A DNA stretch of 32,000 bases from Thermodesulfobacterium commune DSM 2178 (GCF_000734015.1 NZ_CP008796.1:600001-632000); one strand, 5' to 3'; numbered from the stretch's first letter, positions 8,451-17,596 are shown. The notes: generated by a model from the letters alone, not told the origin. Translations and numbers: made by a program.

Positions 8451-10613
8451 ATGAAAGTGTTAAAAACCACCCGGTTAGAATTTTTAAAAGACCTAAATTC
8501 TGCCCAGCTTGAGGCAGTACAAACAATTTTTGGTCCCCTTTTGGTAATAGCTGGGGCAGGTTCAGGAAAAACTAAAACTCTTACCTCAAGGATGGCCTAT
8601 TTAGTAGCACAAGGAGTTCCTCCAGAAAAAATATTGCTATTAACCTTTACAAAAAGAGCTTCGAAAGAGATGATTCAAAGAGCTGGACTTCTTTTAAAAA
8701 TAGACTGTGATAAGATCATGGGAGGAACTTTTCATTCTATAGCTCAATACATGCTTAGGTTTTACGGCTATCTTCTGGGTTATCCTTCTAACTTTACCAT
8801 TATTGATAGAGGAGATTCTGAAGATTTGATAAATCTTTTGCGGAATAGCTTAGGACTTGCTGAGGCCAAAAAAAGGTTTCCTAAAAAAGAGACGTTAGCA
8901 AACATTTACAGTAAAATGATAAACCAACAAAAAACCTTAGAAGAACTTTTAAAAAACCATTATCCCCAGTTTTTAGATTTTTATTACGAGATAGAAAGGC
9001 TTTTGATAGAATATCAAAATTACAAAAAAGAACATCATCTAATGGATTACGATGACCTTTTAGTAAACTGGCTTACCATACTTAAAAACTTTCCTCAAGT
9101 AAGAGAGGAAGTAGGGAAACGTTTTGAGTTTATCATGGTAGATGAATACCAAGACACCAATACTCTTCAAGGGGAGATCATCAGATATATGGGAGAAAGG
9201 CATCAAAACGTAATGGTAGTGGGGGATGATTCTCAAAGTATTTATGGATTTAGAGGAGCTAATTATAGAAATATTTTTGATTTTCCTAAACTTTTCCCTA
9301 ACACTAGAATCATTAAACTGGAACAAAACTACCGAAGCACACAACCTATCTTAGACTTAGCCAACCATATCATCGCTAAATCTAAACTAAAGTATACGAA
9401 AAATTTATTTACCCTAAGAAAAAACGGGGAAAAACCTATTTTATTCTTTGCCGAAGATGAGGCAGATTCAAGCAGGTTTATCGCAGAAAAAGTTTTAGAA
9501 CTAAGAGAAAAAGGGATAAAACTTTCACAGATGGCGGTGCTTTTTAGGTCTGCTTCTCATTCTTTTGATTTAGAGATGGAACTTGCTAAAAGAGGAATAC
9601 CTTTTATAAAATACGGAGGGTTAAAACTTTTAGAAGCAGCTCATATAAAAGATTTCATTTCTATCTTAAGAATAATGGTTAATCCTAAAGACTTTTTGTC
9701 CTGGAACAGGGTGCTTTTACTGCTTGAGGGTATTGGACCAAGAACAGCAGAAAAGATATTGGAAGCTATCAAACAAACCTCTAACGACCTATTCTTTTCT
9801 TTAGAACGACTCCCTTATAAATTTTCTTTTTTAGAGTTCAAAAATCTAATCTCTCTCCTAACCGGAGTTAATAGTTTTAAAGATAAACCTTCTCAGTGTT
9901 TACTAAAAGTTTGGGAGTTTTATCAGCCTGTGTTTCAAAGATTATATTATGAAGATTATCACCGAAGAGAAAGAGATATAGAAGCCCTTATAGACCTTTC
10001 CGAAAAATACACTACTTTAGAAGAATTTCTTACAGACTTAATGTTAGAACCTATAGAGATAACAGAAAAAGATCCTGATAGCCTTACCGACCATTTAATC
10101 CTTTCTACCGTACATTCCGCCAAAGGATTAGAATGGCATACTGTTTTTATTATCTCACTTATAGAAGGTAGGTTTCCTTCGGTTTACAGTTTAGAAAACG
10201 AAGAAGAATTAGAGGAAGAAAGAAGACTTTTTTATGTAGCGGTAACCAGAGCAAGAGAAAATCTATTTCTTATATCTCCTTTAACGACCTACGTAAGAGG
10301 AGAAGGGAAAACCTTAGCACGAATCTCTCAGTTTGTGAAAGATTTACCTCCCAATTTGGTAAGAATTTATTCCAGAAAAGAGGAACCAAAAAAGGGTACT
10401 AACGAATCAGATAACGGTAAAAAAATAGGTGAAATCAGCTTTACAGAAAATTTCATTCGTTTTAGGGTAGGAGATATGGTAAAACATCCCCACTTTGGTT
10501 TAGGAGAGGTAATGGAGGTCCTTAGTGAAGAAAAGGTTAGGGTAAATTTTACGCAAAAAGGTCCTACCCTTCTCAATCTAAAATATACAAAGTTAGAAAA
10601 AGTTATAAACTAA
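8451..10613 (+). CDS. uvrD: UvrD/PcrA-type SF1 ATP-dependent DNA helicase
   Basis: SF1 motifs are present: AGAGSGKT (Walker A), VDEYQDTN (motif II), QNYRS, TVHSAKGLEW and YVAVTRAR. The C-terminal Tudor-like tail GDMVKHPHFGLGEVMEV is typical of PcrA/UvrD. Confidence 0.9.
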   Translation: MKVLKTTRLEFLKDLNSAQLEAVQTIFGPLLVIAGAGSGKTKTLTSRMAYLVAQGVPPEKILLLTFTKRASKEMIQRAGLLLKIDCDKIMGGTFHSIAQYMLRFYGYLLGYPSNFTIIDRGDSEDLINLLRNSLGLAEAKKRFPKKETLANIYSKMINQQKTLEELLKNHYPQFLDFYYEIERLLIEYQNYKKEHHLMDYDDLLVNWLTILKNFPQVREEVGKRFEFIMVDEYQDTNTLQGEIIRYMGERHQNVMVVGDDSQSIYGFRGANYRNIFDFPKLFPNTRIIKLEQNYRSTQPILDLANHIIAKSKLKYTKNLFTLRKNGEKPILFFAEDEADSSRFIAEKVLELREKGIKLSQMAVLFRSASHSFDLEMELAKRGIPFIKYGGLKLLEAAHIKDFISILRIMVNPKDFLSWNRVLLLLEGIGPRTAEKILEAIKQTSNDLFFSLERLPYKFSFLEFKNLISLLTGVNSFKDKPSQCLLKVWEFYQPVFQRLYYEDYHRRERDIEALIDLSEKYTTLEEFLTDLMLEPIEITEKDPDSLTDHLILSTVHSAKGLEWHTVFIISLIEGRFPSVYSLENEEELEEERRLFYVAVTRARENLFLISPLTTYVRGEGKTLARISQFVKDLPPNLVRIYSRKEEPKKGTNESDNGKKIGEISFTENFIRFRVGDMVKHPHFGLGEVMEVLSEEKVRVNFTQKGPTLLNLKYTKLEKVIN

Positions 10614-10619
10614 GGACTT

Positions 10620-11471
10620 ATGCTTGAACGGGTTGAACTTTCCAAAAAAATTACTTTAAGTGTACTACAAAGAAACATTTCTTTAGGATCTTTAGAATAC
10701 CTTCCCACACATATTAAACAAAATCTTGATTTTCATTTAAAAAAGGCTATTCTTCTTTATTCTCAACACAAAGTAGAGTATCTTACCATAAAACCTATAA
10801 CAGGTAACAGCCTCGAAATACAAGTCTTTGATAGTTCAAAGTTTGAGATAGGAAAAATAATACTGATAATCCTCCAAGAAGGGCAAATAAGATATATTTT
10901 CCAATGTCTTGTCAAAAAAATAGAAAACAATCGGTTAGAGGTCGAAATTTTACCTCCAAGATATGACGAAAGGATAAAAATATCCGGGAACATTCCAGTT
11001 TTTATGTCTATAATGCAAAAAAATATAGGTAATCAATTTTTGCAATCAGATTATTACCTGATAAGAGAAAGTAACTTTGATATTAAATTTTTTGAGGAAA
11101 CACAAGAAATCTACTTTTATGACCTGGTTATAGATAATCAAAATAACGTTGACCCTGTATTTAAAAATTATATTTCTAAAAATAACTTGATGGGAGTTTT
11201 GGTAGACATAAGTAGTGGAGGGGCTTGTGTTAAGGTCCCCAGTTTATTATTATCCTTTTCTGAAGAAGATTTAAACCAACTTTTTATGTTTTATTTAAAA
11301 TTTGAAATACCTTCAAAAGAAAAAAAAATCAAGTTTGGATTGCTTTCTTCTCTTAGAAATCTTAGATACGAACAAAATTCAACCTATTTCCATTTTATGT
11401 TTCTACTTTCTTTTAAAAACGAAATTTGGAAAAAGATAAAATCTTTACTAACTTTTTCCACCTTCGTTTAA
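10620..11471 (+). CDS. PilZ domain protein with YcgR-like N-terminal domain (putative c-di-GMP receptor), atypical long insert
   Basis: It starts 6 nt after the uvrD stop, with SD AAGGA. RxxxR (RYDER) lies at aa 114-118 (nt 10959-10973). DxSxxG (DISSGG) lies at aa 196-201 (nt 11205-11222). The spacing between the motifs is about 77 aa, against the usual 20-30 aa. Confidence 0.65.
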   Translation: MLERVELSKKITLSVLQRNISLGSLEYLPTHIKQNLDFHLKKAILLYSQHKVEYLTIKPITGNSLEIQVFDSSKFEIGKIILIILQEGQIRYIFQCLVKKIENNRLEVEILPPRYDERIKISGNIPVFMSIMQKNIGNQFLQSDYYLIRESNFDIKFFEETQEIYFYDLVIDNQNNVDPVFKNYISKNNLMGVLVDISSGGACVKVPSLLLSFSEEDLNQLFMFYLKFEIPSKEKKIKFGLLSSLRNLRYEQNSTYFHFMFLLSFKNEIWKKIKSLLTFSTFV

Positions 11472-14400
11472 ACTTTCTAAAACTTCAACCGCAAGGTCTA
11501 TCGGGTTTTTACCTTGAAGTTTAAAACTAATTTTTGTCCCTTTTTTATCCTGTTTGGTATAAAAAGAAAGTCCTTTTTTATTAAGGACTCTAAATCGAGG
11601 TAATATTTCCTTCTTTTTTATCAGAAAAATGAGTTCGTTTCCTCTTAACTCTACTAACGGTATCTTTAAATCTTTCATGTATATTTTTAAAAGATAGATT
11701 TTAACTAAATTTTTTACAGGTTCAGGCATCTCTCCGTATTTATCTCTTAAAAGCTCTATAAACTCTAACAAATCCTCTTTGGTTTTATTTACCACCAACT
11801 CTCTGTATAAACTCAATCTTTCTTCAGTCTCAGGAACATACTCCTTAGGAATAAAGGCAGGCACCTTTAGGTTAACCTCTGGCTCCCAGTCTTCTATATC
11901 TTCCCCTTTTAAAGCTTTTATGGTATTTTCAAGGAGCTCTAAATATAGTTCATATCCTACCGTATTGATATGTCCTGCTTGTTTTATTCCCAAAAGCTCC
12001 CCTGCCCCTCTAATCTTCAAATCACTCAAAGCTAATTTAAAACCTGCGCCTAAATCAGTAAACTTCATCAAAGCTTTAAGTCTTTTTTGTGCGTCTTCGG
12101 AAAGATTCTTTAACGATGGTACAAGCAAATAAGCATAGGCTGTTTCTTGAGAACGTCCAACTCTGCCTCTTAACTGATAAATGTCAGCCACCCCTAACAT
12201 GTCAGCCCGGTTAATGATGATAGTATTAGCCGAAGGTATGTCTATTCCACTTCCTATAATAGGGGTACAAACCAACATATCTATCTCTTTGTTTAAAAAT
12301 TTATAAAGGTTTTTCTCTATAAGTTCTGATGACATCTGTCCGTGAATGATTTCTACTTTGACTCCTGGACATAATTTTTTAACGTAGTTGGCCAAAGAAC
12401 TTAGACCATGTATCCTTGGATTTACAAAAAAAATCTGTCCCCCTCTTTCCAGTTCTTTTTCTATCGCATATTTTATCACCTCTGGGTCAAATTTTGCTAG
12501 AACGGTTTTAATAGGTTTTCTCCCTTCAGGAGGAGATTCGATCACCGAAAGATCAAAAACCCCAAGTAAACTTAACTGTAAACTTCTTGGTATGGGGGTA
12601 GCTGAAAGAGAAAGAACTTTTACATTTTTCTTCAATCGTTTTAATTTTTCTTTTTGTCTTACCCCAAACTTATGCTCTTCATCTATAACTATAAGCCCTA
12701 AATCTTTAAACTCTACATCATGGGAAAGTAATCTATGGGTACCTATAACTACCTTGATTTCACCTTCAGCCAGACTTTTTAAAGTTTGTTTTTGCTCTTT
12801 TTCGCTTCTTAGCCTTGATAAAACCCCAACCTTTATCCCAAAAGGTTCAAGCCTTGGTTTAAAATTACGATAATGTTGCTCTGCTAAAATGGTAGTAGGA
12901 ACAAGAAAAGCTACCTGTTTTCCTGAATAAGCTGCAACAAAAATAGCCCTCAAGGCTACCTCTGTCTTTCCAAAACCCACATCCCCTACCAAAAGCCTCT
13001 CCATCGGTTTATTACTACAAAGATCCTGCAAAATCTCTTCTATAGCCATCTTCTGGTCAGGGGTTTCTTCATAAGGAAAAGTGGCTCTAAACTCTTCATA
13101 AGCTAAAGCAGGAAAAGGAATAGAATAGCTTTTTAAAGCCTTCCTTTCTGCATAGAGAGATAACAGCTCTTGTACTACTTCGCTAAGCTCTTTTTCTATC
13201 TTTTTCCTTTTTATTAGAAAGGCTTTCTTCCCTAAAGCGTCTAACTTAGGAGGTTTTTCGGTTAAACTGACATAAGGATAGAGTTCGTCTAACCTAAATA
13301 CCGGCAAATAAAGTTTATCTCCTCCCTCATATTCAATCTCTAAAAACTCACCTTCTACACCCTCAATGTTTAATATTTTTAGTCCTAAGTATTTTCCTAT
13401 ACCATATACCCTATGAACCACTAAGTCTCCTGGTTTTAAATCCTCAAACTTCCTAAAATAACCTTTAGCTCTTTTAAGACCTTGCTTAGAACTTTTTTCT
13501 TTAAAATAGCTTCTTCCAAAAAGTTCAACCTCTGAAGTGACCCAAAACTTTTGGTCTTTTAGATAAAATCCTCGTTTTAAATAACCCTGTTTAAACTCTA
13601 ACCCTTTAGTATCCTCTATACCTCTTACCTTTAACCCCTCTAAAATGGTTTGAGAGATCTGAGAATCACCTACAACCAACCAAACCCTATCTCCCTCTTC
13701 TAAAGAAACCTTTAAAAGGTTAAACCCTGCCTCAATTCTTTCGTTAGGAGCTACTATCCCTATTTCCTTTTGCCCTACCTCAAGGTTTAAAGTCTCTTCA
13801 TTGACAGAAGAAACCCAAAAAAGTTTGCCAGCCTTGATTAAACTACCTTTTTCCAGGTAATTAAAAAATTCTTGAGTAGTTAAATAAACATCCTCTGGTT
13901 CAAAAAAAAATTTCCCCTTTTCCTTAGCTTTAAGGGCATTTATACGAATCTTTTCCCAAAAACTTTCTATCTTATTTTCTATTAACTCCGGTTCATATAC
14001 CAAAAAACAGGGTGTTTTTTTTAAATAATCAAAAGAAGAAGATGGTTGAGCATAAAAAATAGGCAACAAAAACTCGGGATTTTCGGTAAAACTTTTTTGC
14101 TCTATTTGGGTTAGCAACTTAGACAGATAGTCCTCTGGTATCTTTCCTTTCAAACTAAAAATTCTCTGATAAAGTGATTTTAAGTCTTCTGGCAAAAAAA
14201 CCTCTTTACAAGGAACGATACTTATCTCTTCTAAGTTTAAAAAGCTTTTTTGGTTCTCTGGGTTAAAATGTTTTAACCCTATTATCTGGTCTCCAAAAAA
14301 CTCAAGTCTTACTGGATATTCATAATTAGGAGACCAGATATCAACTACACCTCCTTTAACCGTAAAGGTTCCTTTTTCCCTAACAACCCCTACCCTTTCG

Positions 14401-14867
14401 TATCCAAGGTCTAAAAGCCGTAAAAGAAGATCTTCTCTATCTACCTTTTCTCCTAAGATAAGATAGACATACTCTTTTTTAAGCACTTCCTTAGGAACCA
14501 ATTTTTTTAGAAAACTACAAACATCTCCTGCTATCACTTTATATTGATTTAGGTTCCAGAGAATCCCCAATCTTTCGGTTTCTTCCTGAGAGTAAGACAA
14601 GGTGTCTTTAAACGGAAGTAAATCTATCTCCGGGTATAATCCGATCTTTTCTTCAGAAAAAATTTTAAAGGCTTGAAAAAACTCTTCTGCTTGACTAAAT
14701 TCTGGAAAAATAGCCCAAACAACCTGGTCCTTAGGGAAAGGACCTCTTATAGCCTCAGCTACAAAACAAGCCAAAAAACCAATGTTATCAGAATTTAAAG
14801 ACAGTTTAAATTGATTTTTATTAAAAATTTTTTCTAAATTTTTAAATAAAAACACTTTAGAGTTCAT
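11448..14867 (-). CDS. mfd: Transcription-repair coupling factor Mfd
   Basis: 1139 aa. It has the RNAP-interacting region (LKPGDLVVHRVYGIGKYLG), SF2 translocase motifs (GDVGFGKTEVA, VIDEEHKFG, LSATPIPRSL, QLRGRVGRS) and a TRG-like region. The length and domain order are canonical. Confidence 0.95.
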   Translation of the reverse strand: MNSKVFLFKNLEKIFNKNQFKLSLNSDNIGFLACFVAEAIRGPFPKDQVVWAIFPEFSQAEEFFQAFKIFSEEKIGLYPEIDLLPFKDTLSYSQEETERLGILWNLNQYKVIAGDVCSFLKKLVPKEVLKKEYVYLILGEKVDREDLLLRLLDLGYERVGVVREKGTFTVKGGVVDIWSPNYEYPVRLEFFGDQIIGLKHFNPENQKSFLNLEEISIVPCKEVFLPEDLKSLYQRIFSLKGKIPEDYLSKLLTQIEQKSFTENPEFLLPIFYAQPSSSFDYLKKTPCFLVYEPELIENKIESFWEKIRINALKAKEKGKFFFEPEDVYLTTQEFFNYLEKGSLIKAGKLFWVSSVNEETLNLEVGQKEIGIVAPNERIEAGFNLLKVSLEEGDRVWLVVGDSQISQTILEGLKVRGIEDTKGLEFKQGYLKRGFYLKDQKFWVTSEVELFGRSYFKEKSSKQGLKRAKGYFRKFEDLKPGDLVVHRVYGIGKYLGLKILNIEGVEGEFLEIEYEGGDKLYLPVFRLDELYPYVSLTEKPPKLDALGKKAFLIKRKKIEKELSEVVQELLSLYAERKALKSYSIPFPALAYEEFRATFPYEETPDQKMAIEEILQDLCSNKPMERLLVGDVGFGKTEVALRAIFVAAYSGKQVAFLVPTTILAEQHYRNFKPRLEPFGIKVGVLSRLRSEKEQKQTLKSLAEGEIKVVIGTHRLLSHDVEFKDLGLIVIDEEHKFGVRQKEKLKRLKKNVKVLSLSATPIPRSLQLSLLGVFDLSVIESPPEGRKPIKTVLAKFDPEVIKYAIEKELERGGQIFFVNPRIHGLSSLANYVKKLCPGVKVEIIHGQMSSELIEKNLYKFLNKEIDMLVCTPIIGSGIDIPSANTIIINRADMLGVADIYQLRGRVGRSQETAYAYLLVPSLKNLSEDAQKRLKALMKFTDLGAGFKLALSDLKIRGAGELLGIKQAGHINTVGYELYLELLENTIKALKGEDIEDWEPEVNLKVPAFIPKEYVPETEERLSLYRELVVNKTKEDLLEFIELLRDKYGEMPEPVKNLVKIYLLKIYMKDLKIPLVELRGNELIFLIKKKEILPRFRVLNKKGLSFYTKQDKKGTKISFKLQGKNPIDLAVEVLESLNEGGKS

Positions 14868-14870
14868 CTT

Positions 14871-14893
14871 AGTCTTTAAACATATTAAAGACT
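14871..14893 (-). promoter_or_regulatory. Perfect 9-bp hairpin (AGTCTTTAA-N5-TTAAAGACT) ending 3 nt upstream of the mfd start codon
   Basis: The arms are 14871-14879 and 14885-14893. On the minus strand the hairpin is followed by AAG-ATG, the mfd start. There is no U-tract, so it is not a canonical terminator. It lies between the EAL-gene stop (14940) and the mfd start (14867). Confidence 0.3.
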
Positions 14894-14939
14894 GGCTAAA
14901 AATTTAATTAAAAAAACCGAAAAATCAAGGTCAATGGTA

Positions 14940-17462
14940 TTATGTTTTCTGACTATCCTTAGATAATATTTCTGGATACTTTGAAAGAAGTTCTTCCTCT
15001 GGCAACGGTTTTTCTAACAAAAATCCTTGGACATAATTAAAACCTAATTTTTTAACTATATCAAGCTGTTCCTCTGTTTCAACCCCCTCTGCTAAACTCT
15101 CTATCCCTAACCTTCTTGCCAGTAACACAATCACCTCTACCAAATCTCTATCCCTCTTTTTTTCAACCACACCTTGGATAAAACTCCTGTCCACCTTTAT
15201 CACATCAACAGCCAATTCCCTTAAATAACTTAACGCACAATATCCTGTCCCAAAATCATCTATAAAAACCCTTATCCCCCTTCCCCTTAACCTCTTTATC
15301 ACATCACTTGCATACCCCACATCCTCTATAAACACTCTTTCTGTTATCTCTAAACTCAAATCCTCACCACTAAACTTATTCAAAAACCTCTCAACAAACC
15401 CCCTCCTACTAAACGACCTCCCTGATACATTAACTGAAATCGGAACCCTAAACCTCCTTGCCTTTTCCTCTATCTCCTCAAACATCCACTCCTCAAACTT
15501 AGGTAAAAACCGGCTCTTCTCCAAATAGTCTATAAACTCCGAAGGATTATAAATCTTACCATCCACCTTTATTCTAACCAATGCCTCCAACCCTGCCAGC
15601 CTCAAATCCTCTGCCCTAAAATATGGCTGATAAAAAAACACAAACCACCTATTTTCTAAAGCCTTCTCTAACAATTGGTCTAAAGAAATAATCTCCTGGG
15701 CCTTTAACTCCATATGTGAAGCAAAAAATCTAAACTCACCTGCCCCTCCCCTCTTTGCCTCACTTAGCGCCAATGAAGCCTTCTCCAATAGCTCCCTTAC
15801 ACTTTTTCCGTCTCCTGGATAATAACCAATACCTACGTTAGTAGCAACCACTATCTCCTGCCCATCTACCTCTACCCTTATCTCCTTAACCAAACCAAGC
15901 CTATCTATCAACCCCCTTACATCTCCATAATCTTCCTTCCTCAGAAAACATCCAAACTCATCTGCCCCAAGTCGAGCTATCAAATCCTTACTTCCTGGGA
16001 AAATACCCTGTAAAACCTTACCAATCTCCTTTAAAACCCTATTTCCTACCTCAAAACTATAAGTCCGGTTGATGTAGGTAAAATTAGATATATCTATAAC
16101 TACCAAAAATCCCTCAACCACTTCACCTAAAAGCTTGTTAACCCTCCTCTCAAAACCTTCAACATTCAAAAGACCTGTCAAAGGATCCTCTAACATAACC
16201 TTCTCTAACTTGGCTATCAACTCCCTTTCCTCACTAACATCCCTGCCTAAAAAAATAAACCTTCTTACCCCTCCTCCAATCTCTATGGGATAAATCTTCA
16301 TCTCCATATATATTTTTTTTATAGAACAAAACAATACATCCTCAAATTTATCTCCTTCTTGAGATACAAACTTCAAAAATACAGGATAAAAATCAGAACC
16401 ATCCGATAACTTAAAACCAAACATCTCTATAGATTGACCAACAATCTCATTAAAAGACCTACCACATCCCCTCAACACTGTCTCGTTGCAAAAAACTATC
16501 TTGCCTTCTTCGTCTAAAATAAATACAGCTGCCGGAGATTTAAGAAGAGCTTGAGAGATGATAACATTGTTTCTAATCTCCTCTATCCTCTTTAACGCAA
16601 ACTCTATGTCTCCTTTAAGCTCCTCTAAAAGCCCTAAAGTCTCATCGGTAAAAAAATTGGGCTCCTTGGCATAAAGCCCTAACACACAATAAGGATTACC
16701 ATCTTTATAGATAGGTATCCCTGCTACTGAAAGATACTCCCTCTTTAAAGCTTCTTCCCTCCAAAGATAAAAACGAGGGTCAGTTCTTATGTCAGAGATT
16801 ATGGTAACTCTATTTTCTCTGAGGGCGGTGCCTACAGGTCCTCTTCCTTCAGGCACCTCGGCACTTATTGAAACCTTTATTTTTTTTAGATATCCTGCCT
16901 CATATCCATAGTAATACTTAGGTTTTATAAGTAGTGTCTTCCAATCAGGAAATCCTACCCACACAAACCTAAGCCCTATCTTCTCTACCAGGTTCTTACA
17001 AATCTTCTCAAAAACCTCCTCTTCAGTTAGGGAACTGGTTATCGTCTGGTTAACCTCTCTAAGCATCAAAACTATGTTTTCAAGCCTCTTCTGCCTGGTA
17101 ATATCTATCAAAACCACAAAACCTGCTGGCTTACCCTGATAGGTGATGGTGTTAGCAAAAGTAAGGGTATACCTTATCTCCCCAGTTTTCCTTAAAATTT
17201 TTAACTCCTTATAAACCCTTGTAAACCTCTCCCCTCTAAGTCTTCTTTCCACTACAGATTTAAGATATTCTCTTTCTTCAGCTGGAAAAATATCCAAAAT
17301 ACTCATCCTGTTTAACTCTTCTAAGGAATATCCGGTAAGTTCTAAGAAAAACTTATTAGCATAAACTATGTTTTCCTGATAAATCAGCACCCCTACCGAA
17401 GGAGCCTCTAAAATAGCCTCGGCGATATCTTTTAAATGAACCTCTTTTTCATTTACAACCAT
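14940..17462 (-). CDS. Multidomain c-di-GMP signalling protein: PAS-GAF-PAS-GGDEF(degenerate)-EAL, probable phosphodiesterase
   Basis: A strong SD (AGGAGG) precedes the start. The GGDEF site reads GADEF (nt 15954-15968) and its upstream motifs are degenerate (DISNF..INR..SFEVGN). The EAL domain keeps EALVR, NVS, EITE, DDFGTGY, KVDRSFI, EGVET and QGF. Confidence 0.9.
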   Translation of the reverse strand: MVVNEKEVHLKDIAEAILEAPSVGVLIYQENIVYANKFFLELTGYSLEELNRMSILDIFPAEEREYLKSVVERRLRGERFTRVYKELKILRKTGEIRYTLTFANTITYQGKPAGFVVLIDITRQKRLENIVLMLREVNQTITSSLTEEEVFEKICKNLVEKIGLRFVWVGFPDWKTLLIKPKYYYGYEAGYLKKIKVSISAEVPEGRGPVGTALRENRVTIISDIRTDPRFYLWREEALKREYLSVAGIPIYKDGNPYCVLGLYAKEPNFFTDETLGLLEELKGDIEFALKRIEEIRNNVIISQALLKSPAAVFILDEEGKIVFCNETVLRGCGRSFNEIVGQSIEMFGFKLSDGSDFYPVFLKFVSQEGDKFEDVLFCSIKKIYMEMKIYPIEIGGGVRRFIFLGRDVSEERELIAKLEKVMLEDPLTGLLNVEGFERRVNKLLGEVVEGFLVVIDISNFTYINRTYSFEVGNRVLKEIGKVLQGIFPGSKDLIARLGADEFGCFLRKEDYGDVRGLIDRLGLVKEIRVEVDGQEIVVATNVGIGYYPGDGKSVRELLEKASLALSEAKRGGAGEFRFFASHMELKAQEIISLDQLLEKALENRWFVFFYQPYFRAEDLRLAGLEALVRIKVDGKIYNPSEFIDYLEKSRFLPKFEEWMFEEIEEKARRFRVPISVNVSGRSFSRRGFVERFLNKFSGEDLSLEITERVFIEDVGYASDVIKRLRGRGIRVFIDDFGTGYCALSYLRELAVDVIKVDRSFIQGVVEKKRDRDLVEVIVLLARRLGIESLAEGVETEEQLDIVKKLGFNYVQGFLLEKPLPEEELLSKYPEILSKDSQKT

Positions 17463-17508
17463 GAAACCTCCTATTTACTTCTTTAAACCTATCCTTCATC
17501 TATTCTTT

Positions 17509-17537
17509 AATGTACTCTTTCTTGAAAATTTTGTAAA
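17509..17537 (-). promoter_or_regulatory. Candidate promoter for the PAS-GAF-GGDEF-EAL gene: TTTACA-N17-TACATT (minus strand)
   Basis: Plus-strand tgtaaa (17532-17537) and aatgta (17509-17514) read as TTTACA and TACATT on the minus strand. This would give a leader of about 45 nt carrying the AGGAGG SD. Confidence 0.3.
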
Positions 17538-17596
17538 CATTTAAGCAGAAAAACTAATGAACCAATCAAGATAGATGGTGCAATTTCTTAAATCGA

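Noticed and set aside
5194-10576. Small minus-strand ORFs (60-94 aa) antisense to the efflux-operon genes and uvrD (5194..5382, 5887..6108, 6376..6642, 6751..6963, 7239..7421, 9060..9344, 10367..10576)
   Set aside because: All lie inside well-supported plus-strand genes. None has family resemblance or a ribosome-binding site. Such ORFs are expected by chance in stop-poor antisense frames.
8451-10613. UvrD-like helicase as part of an anti-phage system (for example Gabija GajB-like)
   Set aside because: It has the full housekeeping PcrA/UvrD motif set, including the C-terminal Tudor-like RNAP-binding tail. No partner nuclease or ATPase gene is adjacent, and the neighbours are core genes.
11779-12873. 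ORFs of 117 aa and 161 aa on the plus strand, inside and antisense to mfd
   Set aside because: They are wholly nested antisense to a strongly conserved gene. Their S/F/L/P-rich, low-complexity translations are what the reverse complement of K/E-rich coding sequence produces. They have no SD or promoter context.
14940-17462. Possible horizontally acquired gene: the GGDEF-EAL gene looks more GC- and Arg-rich than its neighbours
   Set aside because: My hand counts on sampled 60-nt lines gave roughly 37-48% GC here, against about 25-42% in mfd and valS lines. The difference is modest and the ranges overlap. It would need a proper sliding-window GC and codon-usage calculation before any claim.
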